Below are positions 1-12,499 of a DNA stretch of 64,000 nt, piece by piece; within the stretch, counting starts at the first letter, position 1, and the number at the start of each line of letters is the position of its first letter. Below the pieces are notes generated by a model that was not told the origin of the DNA, made no database searches, and worked only from the letters and a program-made list of their open reading frames with translations. The DNA comes from Convolutriloba macropyga (lineage: Eukaryota), in assembly GCF_964194025.1 (NCBI RefSeq), contig NC_134476.1, positions 65,100,001 through 65,164,000 of the forward strand. Reading direction: 5' to 3'. Position numbers and translations under genes: made by a program.

Positions 1-120
1 GAGCGGGAGGGGAATAGTTCGAATCCCGGAGTGATCGACTAATATTTCACTCGTAAAAAAATTTAACCAAGCTACAGTCTTTGAATTAAATTGCTTCGCT
101 TGTTGTTCGAGAGCAATTAC
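1..120 (+). mobile_element. tRNA-derived SINE-like fragment (5' end outside window)
   Basis: B-box gttcgaatccc at 18-28 followed by ggagtgatcga and tail ttcgagagcaatt. Confidence 0.55.
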
Positions 121-980
121 GGGCCTAATTTAGATTGGTATATAATAAAAATTTGATTTTTTAAAAGAAAAAATTGTAAATTTTACTTTTATAATACAGA
201 TTGCAGAATTTCAAAATTTAGATATTTTCAATTTAAACTGGACCATTGAAGAAACACCTCATTTCTTAACCGTTTGCTTTGGAACCTGAGATAACTTTGC
301 TGATGGGAACTTACCAAATCTCTAGTAAAAATTAATAAGTTAAAAGTCAGGTAAGAGATATCATAGCTTTTTGCAGCGATTTGCCAAAGAGTAAGAGTTT
401 TGAGGAAAAAGAATTATTATTCGTACTGATAAAATTAATAGCAATACAATCTTTGTACTTCTAACTGCAGTAATTCAGCTTTGTGTTTCTGTTATTAAAA
501 AGTTATTCCCACTGTACAGTTATTCTTATTTAATTTTTATCGCAAAAAATTTTGAATAATATTTTCGTCACAAAATTTTGTACTTTTCAAGTCCGTAGAG
601 CTTTAGTTTGTTCTTCCATAGTAAACTCTTATATTTTGATTTTCAGTTTGGTACAAAAAAAGCAAAGAATCGAAAACAATTGTACTGTTGAGCGATGCGA
701 AAACTGAGCTATAAGAAAAACAAGTTTCGAAAAACAACTTAAGACAAAATGGGATCAATTTTCACTGGAACCAAATTCTGTACTTATATGAATCGGCCAG
801 CAATGGATTCGAACCAGTACCTCTTACTTGCAATCCTAGCGTGCAAACTTTTGCACAAACTGGTCTTAAGTTTTCGAGCTTGGTCACAACTTATAATCCA
901 TAATCTCTAATCTTGTTCCTCGGGGGGTCCTATATTTATCCATGTATAAGTTGATCAAGTAAAACATCTTGTTAAGCTTT

Positions 981-1271
981 CCCGTACCTGCGGCTCAGTG
1001 ACAATCAGTACTGATTCTGAATAAATTCAGAGAAGTTGCAAGTTTTAGTACTGATACAGACGGATTTCAGAACCAACTCTTAAGTGATTTCTGAATTTCT
1101 CTGAATCAGAGCAAAATTCAGAGAAAATATTCTGTATTCTTCTAAATCAGAAGATAAATCAGAATGAATCAATGAATTAGCTCTGAATCAGACAAATTCG
1201 GTGCAAATTGTGACATGAATTAGACTCTGACTCAATACTGAATTTGCCTTACGGTAAGTTACTGGTACGGG
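981..1271. mobile_element. Small TIR element with ctgaatcaga subrepeats
   Basis: cccgtacc...ggtacggg termini; internal motif similar to the insert at 30845-31125. Confidence 0.45.
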
Positions 1272-4200
1272 TCGTCAAACTTCTCGTAAACACAATTTAC
1301 ATTAGTTTGTTGTTTTTCAGCCTTATAACATGCTATCAATATAAACAAAGTACAAGAGCTATGAAAGATCGGAAATTCAAGAACATCATCTGTTTTTTCG
1401 GAACAGTGAATTTCTCGATTACTTTTTCAGATCATTCAGTACCTCGCGTCTGATTGGTCGACAGCGATGAATTTATGTAATTTCACCGCTACCAGCCGAT
1501 AATTTTTTTTGTTCCGACCCCTCTTGAGGGGTAGGAACAATATACTCAACGGGGTTTTTTTTTGTTCAGTCAATTTTCACCGATCGATATATTCATCGTA
1601 GAGAGTTGTGAGTGGTATCATTAAAAAGCTCGTCCAGCGTAGAATATAGAATTAAAAAGATTTTTTGAACTTCGTTTTCTACAGAGAGTTATCGAGACTT
1701 GAAGTTTTGTGAATAGTAGACGGAAATCCGTTGTTTTTATTCACATTTTTGCGGATTTTTGACCAAATTTTCACCAATTTTGCTAAAATTTGTTAATTTT
1801 TGTAGCGACAATGTTGTTGGGTTTACTTTTCAGTATAGCGGAAGCTTGCCGATTGGTTTTATCCGAGTTGTTCGGTTATCGTGGTTTCAATTTTTGTGAT
1901 TATTAGACCGTTTGCGTTATTTTTACTCAATTTTTCCGGAATTTTTGCCTAAAATTTTGTCAATTTTTGCTAAATTATGTAAAAATTGCTAACAAAAACA
2001 CTATTGAATTTGTTTTTGGAGAAAAAAAGTCTTGTTGACTAATTTGATTTGATTTTTTGGCTAATATTCTGGCTAAATATTTCAAAATTCAGCCTTTTTT
2101 GTCAAAAATTGCCCGAAATAAGCTTCTTTAGTCCACTTAGACCATAATTTGCCGGAAGTTCACACCCAAGACAACTAACACAATCATTCTACACTCCAAA
2201 AGGAAACTAGTCGTACTTTCACTTCTATTGAGAGTAGTCTGGAATTAAATTTTTGCCGTTTTGCTATCTTTTTACTCTAGGATTATCAAAAAAACAGCAT
2301 TTATTTCTGATCTTTTAACTCATAAATTATCTAGATCTAACACATTCGAAATTATTGAGTGTTCTCAATGAAAAAACAGCAAATAACAGGGCAGGTTTTG
2401 GCCCAATCTTGGACTGTTACAGTCCAAATATAATTCAAATTGTATAGGTCGGTTTTTTTTTTAAATTCGATTTTTTTTTATGTTAATTAATGAACAGAAC
2501 AATTCAAATCAAAGCTTACCTTTGATAGCTACAGATGACTTACTAATAAGTTCTCAATCAATGTGTTTTGTCTTTTTAACGGAAACATTATGATCGTTTT
2601 GACTTTTAAAGATGTTTGATGTTTCAATAAACAATGGCTTATTGAACAGTCACACTATTTTTCTTTTAATTTGGTCATTTTGTAGCTTACTGTCAGCAAA
2701 GAAAGAATGTTTTTTCAGCCTCTTCGTTTTTCTAAACTAAAACTTTTTATGTTTCGCGGTTTTACGCGTTAAGTTATGGCTCTCTGGCGCTGATACTACG
2801 AGATTTCAGTTTGTTTTCGATTTTAAGGCATTGGCACCTTTTTCACGTTTTTATTTCGTTTTGTCACATTATCAGATAATGATAGTTTTCAAATTACAAT
2901 AATGGCGTTCAAAAAAGCACACAATTGAACATAGAAGGGTCATAGATTATGGTTTTAATGAGACCAATTTTTATGCTTCAACAACCCTTTCTCGAAGAAT
3001 TTAATTGAATTTTTTACATTTGTCTTTAACTGTAGATTTTACTTTGCCTTTTTAGTCGTATGAAAATTCCTGGATAATAACGGGTCTGCTTGATTTTTTA
3101 CGGTAGAAAAATTGAGCCGATATTCTGATTTGAGTAGATAGCTGATGGTTTTCATGACTTTGAAAACAATTGTTTTCACAAAATAAAAAAAGACTTTTTA
3201 ACTTCGCATTTTGGCTCTCTTTTGTCAATTTCTCACCTAGTCTCGTTAATTACATGTCACATAAAACATTAATATCCTTGGGGGAAGGTACAAGTGTACA
3301 AAAGTTAATGTTTCTGAAGAAATAGTTATGAATTTACTCGCTTCGACACGGGTTTTCTGGAAAAAAGTAATAAAATTTGATTTATGTCTATAATTGACGT
3401 TTTTTTTTGTAGATGTAAATTATGTGCTGAATAAATGCAGGTCTCAAGCGCTTCTTCTGAACGAACAAAAAGACTTATTTAAATCTTTCTTTTTGTATCT
3501 GATGGCTTTCCTGACTTTAAAAATAATTTTTTCAGAAAAACAGAAAAGTCTTACTTAATATTGTTGTTTCTTTTTTTGTTTACTTGTTTGAGATTCTCAT
3601 TAATGAGTTATTAAGAGGTTGCATAACACATTATTGGCGTTGGGGAAAGTCTCAATTGAACAAATTTTGCGGCAAAAATCTGACTTTACGGCTTCGACAG
3701 CATTTTCTCGCAAAGTTTAATTGAATTTTTGTTTGTTGTCTCCATTAGTTGTTCTTTTTGTAACCGCATAAAAAATCGGTTGATAACAGGTCTTACTGCC
3801 CTCCTATAAAACCGTTTGTGATCATAAACATCTTGGATGTTTTCAATTGCTATGTAATGGTTTTCATTACTCAGAAATTAATTGTTTTTAAAAATGTAAG
3901 CCAACTTTTTATTTCTGTTTTTTTTTCTTTTTTGTCTAATTGGTACCGAGCCTTTTTATTGAGTGATCCCATATCTTTTCTAGTAAGTAAAAGTTATTTT
4001 GGTTAAGTTTCAGTTTTATCTGAAGCTATTTTTTCTTTGGTATTAAGTTTTTCTTTGTAAAAAAATGGACACAAAATTTTGGATGTAATTAATGTTGTTA
4101 TTGTTGTTTAATTTTGTGTTCGTCTTCACTTGTTTTCTTAATAATGGTTGATCTCATCAATCTTATGTGACATTTTTTACTACACTCAGTTATTTGCGTT

Positions 4201-4508
4201 GCACGCGATTTTTTTGTTCAGACAGATTTCTTGAAAAAAACTGTTCCTAATTTGGTAGACATTTATGCCAAAAATGTGGATGAGCGGGGTCGGAACTTTA
4301 TGTGCGAACGCACATTACCGAGCCTCCTTGTTTCACTATGCATTCACCGCCTGATTTTTGTAACTTCACCGCATTCACACCTTATCTTACATAATTTTGC
4401 GTTGAATGGCGGTGACACCTCGACCCGGGTCACAGTAATTGCTGGAATTGATCACAAAGTTATTCAGCCCTTCGTTTTCGACAAAATTATTCCTTTTTGT
4501 CTGTTTAG

Positions 4509-4729
4509 GAAGAAGACGTGGAATATTCGCCTGTTCCTCAGCCCTCACTCTCGTCTACTCTCTCATGTTTCTAAACACTCATCCATGCAAATTGCCCAAA
4601 AGTGTGTCTGCAAGAATTCTCGCTTATGTCTGGGCGGGTATTGCTGTGCTGGTGGTGGCTGCTTACACTGCTAATTTGGCATCCTTCATGACTGGCAGGT
4701 TGACTTATCTGGATCTGGATATCCTGAAG
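4509..4729 (+). CDS. GRIN3-like: iGluR exon: M2 pore loop and M3 gating helix
   Basis: tttag acceptor at 4508; translates RRRGIFACSSALTLVYSLMFLNTHPCKLPKSVSARILAYVWAGIAVLVVAAYTANLASFMTGRLTYLDLDILK; donor AAG|gttgga, phase 0. Confidence 0.92.
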
Positions 4730-7700
4730 GTTGGAATCTCAATGTTTTCTAAAATGAGAGAAAGAAGCCGTTCTATTCACAATCAATGAAATTTCGTCAT
4801 TGTAGTCATATGATGATGTGTGATGGCTTATTTGTGTTGGAGAGAATTTATATAGCCCTGCATTTGAAAAATTTAAATCTGAACTTAAAGTTGGTTTTGA
4901 GATAAAAGCGTGTTAATTTAGGAATTTGGTGTTAAATGTGTGTAGCTTCAAAAAACGTGTGTAATAACTTTCAATAAAAACGTACGGATGAAAATGTGTG
5001 TATATTAATCTTAACTTACAGAATTCGAGTTAAAAAGCATTTTTTTCTGCTTAAGAAATGCCGCATACCTTTTATTTTTTTTTAAAAAAAAAAGGAAAAG
5101 AAAATTCTTTAAGAAGTATTGAAGTATTTTTTCGAGTGCTATCTAAAAATAAATACTTCATTAATTGCTCGGAATCAACCTTATTATGGGAGATTATAAG
5201 CTCAACTTTTGCTCGTGCAGTTTTAGCCGATCGATATAATAATATAAATAAGATTTATACAATAATTTAATAAGAGTTGTCGATCAGAAAGCTTTTCAAG
5301 TGTAGAAAACGGAGTTAAAGACAGTTTTTGAATTTCGTTTCTTTTTTAGAAGTTTTCGAGATTTAAATTTTTTGTGAACCTTACATTTGATATGGTTTTA
5401 TTCACATTCAGCACCTTTTTCAAATAAATTTAGGTCTTTTGTCAAATTGTGTCTTCTGTAAAAATTTGGATCAATTGAGACACCGGTTTTCTTGAAACCA
5501 GTTTACTTTTTGGTTTTCTAAATCAATTACAGACAATTTAGTTTCAAATCACAAATTCCACTAATGACAAGCCAAACTAAGTTCTAATTCAGGCCAAATG
5601 AAGATATATTATGTTATCAGAGAATAACTACGTTTTTTTGTTGTATACATTTTATGAAACCTTGAGTTTTGCCAGCGTTTGATATTTCTTTGCTTTTTCC
5701 TATAACTTAGTCTCAATAATCAAAAGTCCAATTGAAGTTGTAACGAAGTAATAAAAAACATCTTATATTTTCAGTTGATACCAAAAAGTTCAACCTTATA
5801 ATAATCGAAATTTGATAACTTCAAATGAACTTGTTTTCAAAAAACTATTAATGTATTTCGCAACTTTGCCAGTTTTTTTTAATCTTACTTCGGTTAATTG
5901 TAGCTTTGTGTCATGATTAAAAGTTGTGATCCACATTCTAGGTAAGCAAAAAACCTGCTTCTGAAAAAAAGCATTCTGGAATCCTGCTCCTGTAAGATTA
6001 CTTTTCATATTTTGTTCTTATTATGGGTTAATTTTTGTTATGACATCTGACTTTAGGTTGTACTCTTTGTTTTCTAAATTTTTCTAGCAGATAATTTTTG
6101 TGGTTAAAACAGAGTTTACATAATTCAAATTTAACCAATGCCATTTGACCCAATGTCATCTAACGATTGCTTCGAAAAGGGGTTGTCAGCCCCAGATGCC
6201 ATACTTCTAAAGCATTTGTCGTCCTCGCTAAGATCACTGCTTAACTGCGTCTCTGCTATGATTGGAGAGCTGCTATGGATGTTGGGCTTCTTTTGTGATG
6301 CGTCCAGTTACTTCTTTTTTCATTTATTTCTTCCTGACATAAAGAGTCAGATTGTCAATCATTTACAAGATTCTAGTTCTAATTTGAAGGACTCAGAAAC
6401 TTCTAATATCTCTTGATTCGCCAAACTCGAAAAAACCGAAACCATGTACTCTTGAAAAAACTAAATGCTGGTTTCAATTGGAGGTCAAGCGCAAGGTTTG
6501 CGTTGTTTGCGTACATTTGTAGACCGATTTCACATATCTTTCTGTTCAAACTCTGAATAATATGAAAATAAAAGACTTTGGTTTCTCTTGTATGATACTA
6601 TTCAACAAAATTTTGATTGCTGTTTTTTTTCCAAATTTCAGTGGAATTTTATGTGGTGCAACAACCTCCATGAGCTAACAAAAAACTTAATATTCGCTTG
6701 TTATCTGTTTTACCGGTGTCAAACAGACAGAATTCTTGAAATTGTGTCGGAATGTCCAAATTACTATAATGTTCGTCTCTTTTCGATTTTCTTTTACTTT
6801 TTGCCTGTTAAGGCTCAAGTTGATTGCTGATTGTGACGGGAAGGACAATTGTGTCGCAATATCTGACGCAATTGGCTCAAGGTTTTGCGCAACGATCATG
6901 TTATCCAAACGATTCTGCTCTGTTGTTTCCGTTTTCTTCATTCTGCCCACACTTTTTTCGCTTCAAGACGCCTCAGAATAACTTCATGGTGGTTTTCATT
7001 TTTTTGTGTGAATAGTTGCTCGTTGGCGGCAATGGCACTCATTTTGCATGTACTTGACTTCCATTTTGAAGACATCCGACGCTTTGTTGTTTTTTTTTTC
7101 TAATTTTCTGTGAAAATCATTGCCCCGAAATTATCTAGGTCGATCTATCTCTATGGGACGTACTCCGAGTAACTGCACTCAGTTTATGCGTTTTATTGTT
7201 GTCAAATTTTTGTCCCGAAAAAAGCCTCAAAATGGTTTAATAAATAAATTTTAATTTATATTTTTTTACGTCCTGTTTAAACTAATTAAAATGGATTATT
7301 CAATTTTTTGTTAATTGTTGACTGGTATCTAAAGCTTAACACCATTATGTTTTAAAAAAGTGCAATTTGTTACTCAAATCCTTGTTTGATGGATACCAAA
7401 ATGTTCAAATTATATTTTTTATTGGATTCTTAAGGTAATTTAGTTTTGGCTGAAATGGCATCGGATAAAATGGCTTCGGGTTTAATGCCATTGGGTAATT
7501 TGACCGACCTGACAGCAATTATTATAAATAATATTTATTAAAGCTAGTTGTTACATCCTGTATGACTCTTCGAGTTGTTTTATTAATTCGTTCAGCTATG
7601 ATTTGAGTTGCGATTTCGATTACTCTAACGTAAGAAAGGGAGCAAGAAGCGAGTGGATTTGCTGCGAGAATTTCCTTCACTCCAATTTTAGAGTGAGTGA

Positions 7701-8626
7701 GATTACGTTGTCTGAAAAAATGTTTCAATCTTTTTTTTCTCTTTCCTGTTTTTCCCCTCATTTTTTTTGTTTGAAACTCCTAGGCAATACGAAATTTTTG
7801 GTTTCTTGTTTAATTGTTGCTTTTTTCAAAAAACAATTACTTATCAATCAACAACCGACTATAGGGATTGAATTTCGAAAGAGAAAGAAAAGACGGAAAA
7901 AGAGATAAACAAATACTTGTTTGACGGCTTATTATTGCATAGTTACTGATGTTGACTGTTGCAGATTAATAATCCTGAGGTAATATTTTCTTATCCGTTT
8001 CTCTTTTCACTATATTTTGATGTCCTCCCGCTTCTTAGTCAGTTCTCAATTAGATTTATCATTTTGTGATCACGCCATCTTTCTCTGTATTCGATGTTAG
8101 ACAAACAAGCTCGTACGATGAAATAGTTTAGAATCTATAAAATGGATACATATTAATAGTTTATTCTGGTTATCATTTTTTTCTATTCCATGGCGAGAAA
8201 TTCCCTCAAATATGGCCCAGATTAAGTGCTGTTTAATTTGAGGCTCTATTGACTATAGGTAAAATAAATATTCCGAAAAAGAAGCGGAAGATTAATTGTA
8301 ACCTGGACTGTAAGTTTGATAAGCATATCACTATTTATAGTCGAGCGTGATTTCTGCGTCAGATAAAAAAAACGAGCCAAATTGTGAAGTGATTGAACCC
8401 ATCAATAAATCAAAAGTTAGTTTTCTAGTATACACCGGTTTTGTTCAAAATTATGAACACAATTTTGACGAGAAACCTGAATTCAACTGTTGTGGTGTTC
8501 CGCAAGGCAATTTATAAGCGCAATATTCTTGAGAACATGAGTTAAAGTATTGTGGTCTTCCGCAAGGCAATTTATAAAGACCATATTTTCTAAATCTTGG
8601 GTTAAAATGTTGTGGTGTTCCTCAAG

Positions 8627-8772
8627 GTTCAGAAACTGATGCACTCAATAAAATATGGAGCAGAGGAGGACTCTAGTGCCCAGAAATATATCACAGAACA
8701 GTGGCCTCACTTAGCCAGAGGAATGAGGCAGAACCTAGTGTCTGGATCCACTGAAGCCATCCAGCGGCTCAA
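8627..8772 (+). CDS. GRIN3-like: iGluR exon: start of S2 ligand-binding segment
   Basis: VQKLMHSIKYGAEEDSSAQKYITEQWPHLARGMRQNLVSGSTEAIQRL(K); donor aa|gtgagt, phase 2; an in-frame alternative acceptor would start the exon at 8633. Confidence 0.88.
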
Positions 8773-8802
8773 GTGAGTTCAGACAATTTTGATACGAGAA
8801 TT

Positions 8803-8966
8803 GGATCTTTTCCGTTTGTGCCCCCCAGGTTAGAGGGTGCATATTATTTGCACCTCTAAACGCACGTGCCATATTTTTTATAATGATTTACCATGTAATG
8901 TCACTTGCTCTGTAACTGGGGGGAGCATAACGTACTGGGGGGGGGGAACACAAACGGAAAGGACCC
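8803..8966. mobile_element. GG...CC MITE (Merlin-like)
   Basis: TIR ggatcttttccgtttgtgcccc / ggggaacacaaacggaaaggaccc; TSD cgagaatt/cgagaaat. Confidence 0.8.
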
Positions 8967-9215
8967 CGAGAAATAATGGCAAATAGTTCATTTCAGTACT
9001 GAAGCTGTTTTTCCGCAAGAACAGTTTAAATAGCCTAAATGAGGGTTTGCTTAGTTTTGTTCATTATCAATTTTTGTGGAACTTACATAGATACCAAACT
9101 TGTTAGACATGATATTGGTAAATGCTAGTAAGAAACTTGTCTTTTAAAAATCATCAGTTATCGGCCGAGGGAGATTTATGCTATTCGTTGCCTTTTATTT
9201 TGTCATTCATTTCTC

Positions 9216-9397
9216 GGGTCTTTTCCGTTTGTGCCCCCAGCTTAGTGGGTGCATATTATTTGCACCCCCCCCCCCCCACACCCCCCCCCCCCGTTCCATA
9301 TTTTTACATAATAACTTATTATGTAATGGCACGTGCCTGTAAATGGGGGTTGCGTAGCGTACTGGGGGGGGGGGGGGGGCACAAACAGAAAAGATCC
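9216..9397. mobile_element. GG...CC MITE (Merlin-like)
   Basis: Same TIR; perfect 8-bp TSD catttctc. Confidence 0.9.
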
Positions 9398-12336
9398 CAT
9401 TTCTCTAAATTATGCAAGTTTTAAATTTCGAGCAGAAACTCGTGACACGTGCTAGAAGTAATGGTTAAGTGACTCTGCTTGAAGTCACTGAGAACTTCTG
9501 GCGTTTATCGAGAACCGCGAAGTGGTTCTCGATAAACGCCAGAAGTTCATCGAAATGACTTCTGCAGAGTCACTAAGTCATGCCTAAAACACGAAACACG
9601 TACGTTTTAAAATGACAAAAGCGAACGAAACTCAACTTCTGGCTAAGTAGCAACCTCTGGCGTTTTGACTTCTGGCACTGCAGACTTTCGGCATTTTACA
9701 ATTTGCACGTGAGTGTTTTAATATAGACTCGGTAAAGCAGCTATTTACTAAATAATGATTGTGCCAAATGTTTCACTTTAAACTATTTACTCGGGTGAAA
9801 AAGATCGGGCCAATGAGACAAATAATTATGAACAGAAGTTGATTCTAATCTGCGTGTAGTCATTTCCAGAGTTGGAAAATTTGTTCTTATCTGATGTAAA
9901 AAAAAACAGAAAAACAACCATTTGATATGTCATATAGTGGATTGGTATCAATTAATGGTATGGAACGCTACAATTACAAAGTCCGGTTAAACACATCGAA
10001 ATTGAAGAATAAATTACCCCAAAAAGTTCGGTATCACAAGCAACTAACGCTCTTAAATAAAATTTCTTGAGTTAAAGTTTTTTATCATGTTTCATGCTAT
10101 ACTTTATTTTATCATGTTTCATGCCATACTGTCCTAGGTACATCTTTCATATGCTCGCGCTCTCCTTGAGAAAGTTTCAAATGATTTTTGAAGATATTTC
10201 ATATATTTTCATATAAGGCGCCTGTAAAGCAACTGATTTCTGAGAAATCGCAAAATGCATGCTTGGATTTTTGTTAAATATATGATCCTTTGGGATTTTC
10301 AGCAATCTTTTAAAAGCTTCGAATTTTTTTTTGTAAGGGAAGCAACGTTTCTTGTGATCTTCATATGAGTTAAACAAAACAATATATAACTTAGTCTGAA
10401 TAAAAAAAGAACAAATGCACTAAAATGGCTTCCAAAAAGTTGAATGATAAGCAAGCTTAGAATATACGGTATTCGCCAAACTGTTATTTTTCGTGCAATA
10501 CAGCTAAAAAAATATACCGTTTTAGAATTTACTGAAACAAAATATTCGGGTTGATTATCATACAACATTCCTCGAAATCTTACAGGGATCGATATAATGC
10601 TGTACTCTGTAAGAATTAAATCTGGCTTTTTATCTGCTAGCAGTTAATTCCAGAGTTGAAAAATATATTTTTATCTGATTTAAAGTAAAGAAAACACCAA
10701 CCAATTAGACTCCCAACTAGAGCATAAGTAACAATTGACGAGCGTTGAAAGAATGCTATGGCAGAATACGATCAGAACTATTTAGTTTTTATCCATTTAT
10801 TGCGTTTAACATCTTGTCTTAAAAGCGCTCGAAGTCTTTCAAAAATATAAAATTAGTCTGGTTAAAGTCTCTTGGTTTGACCATGTTTATGGCATAATGT
10901 CCTTAGTCAATTTTTAACAAAAAATGGTACTCTCGGTGTGAAAAATTTTCCGATGGTTTTTTAAGGATGCTTAATTTTTTATATTTGACACCTGCATGAT
11001 TTAACGCAACTAATTATTAAGATATCACAATATGTAATCAAGAATATGAGTTTAAAATCTAATCTTTTCAAATGTTCAGTATTTTTATATTTTAAAACGA
11101 TATCATTTCCCAAATCGACCCAAAAAAAAATTAAATGATTTTTTTAGTTTGTGTACAAAGATTGTACTTGGAAATAAATTATGATTTGCATGACACAGTA
11201 TATAATCTTCGGAAGGCCAAAGTCAATAACTTGGTATGGCTAGAAAATTATCCTAAGTTCTTAAACGTTTTACCATATTTCGTGAAATCGAAGGTAATGC
11301 AAACTCCTTCGCCCGGTTGCCAATCTTTACCACACTGGCAAGTTTTATCTAGTTTCTAGCAAGATAAAAAAAGAAGTATTTGCTTGATGAACGATATTGC
11401 AACGCATTTTTCTTATCTATACGGCCTCAAAAATAATCTTGTTGTCCCCAAAAAACATTCATAGATGCCATATCTGAGAACATAAATAATCTCTTTACTC
11501 TTCTTAACCATGAAAATCACGAAATCAGTCGAAGCTATCGGCTGTATACATTTCCAGCCTAAATTCGTATTTTCTCTGTCTTCATCATAGTCAGAAAAAA
11601 AGAAGCACGTTTTTGCAAAATTTATATTTCAGCAGTGTTCATAGGAAGTTCGAGCATTCTAAAATCTATAACTGCTATAATCTGTCATTTTGAAACCTAC
11701 AAGTGCTGGTTTTGAAAAATGTTAGAAAACACAACGAGGACTGTTCATGGTTTCTTGGATGTCACAGCAAGTGTGTAGTAACATTTGCTTCATCAGAAGG
11801 TTTTGATTATAGTGTTTCGAAAGATTATAAAAACACATGTTTTTGTATATTTCGATATATTGCTATATATTTATATATTTATATATTTATATATATATAT
11901 AAACACATGTTTTGTACAAAATTTTATAACAATCTCTTTCCTCTTAAACCCTGCATTAAAAACTTTTTTTCTTAGAAATATCTTGAAAGGAAAATATGAA
12001 TTCAAGCTTTTTGAATTTTGAATAACTTGCAAAAGGAAGTGTTAGGGGGTCTGAGCAGGCACAACTTGAACATCTACAAGTAATGCATTCGAAACACCGC
12101 TTTGTGTTTGCCAATCTTGCGTGCTAACCTTTACGCCAATTTGTCTTCAGCTCACGAATTTGGACATCTATCGCAACCCAATTAGTTTGTCTTAAATACT
12201 GAGTTAGTTTGTCTTAAATACGGCAAAAAATTTAATGCTTTTAATTCAGAAATGGAACATTGGAAGCGTTTTTACATTTTTTGGACTGAAATAGTTTAGC
12301 TTTAATCTGGCAAAAAATTTAGTGCTTTTAATTTAG

Positions 12337-12499
12337 AAATGGAACACTGGACGCGTACTTTGGAGATGCCCCAATAGTGTTCTGGGATGCGATCTCAGAT
12401 CCAGAGTGTAAACTGTTGACAGTGGGGGGCACCTTCGGAGACGACTACTATGGCATCGCCATCTCAAATGACAACATGCATTCCATATTCTTCAATCAG
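12337..12499 (+). CDS. GRIN3-like: iGluR exon: S2 core
   Basis: atttag acceptor; NGTLDAYFGDAPIVFWDAISDPECKLLTVGGTFGDDYYGIAISNDNMHSIFFNQ; donor cag|gtcagt; phases match both neighbours. Confidence 0.92.

Noticed and set aside
4231-4674. 147-aa ORF overlapping the M3 exon
   Set aside because: Alternative frame of the real exon plus intron; no recognisable motif
6138-7103. Cluster of short overlapping ORFs, possibly decayed retroelement ORF1
   Set aside because: No diagnostic motif or splice pattern
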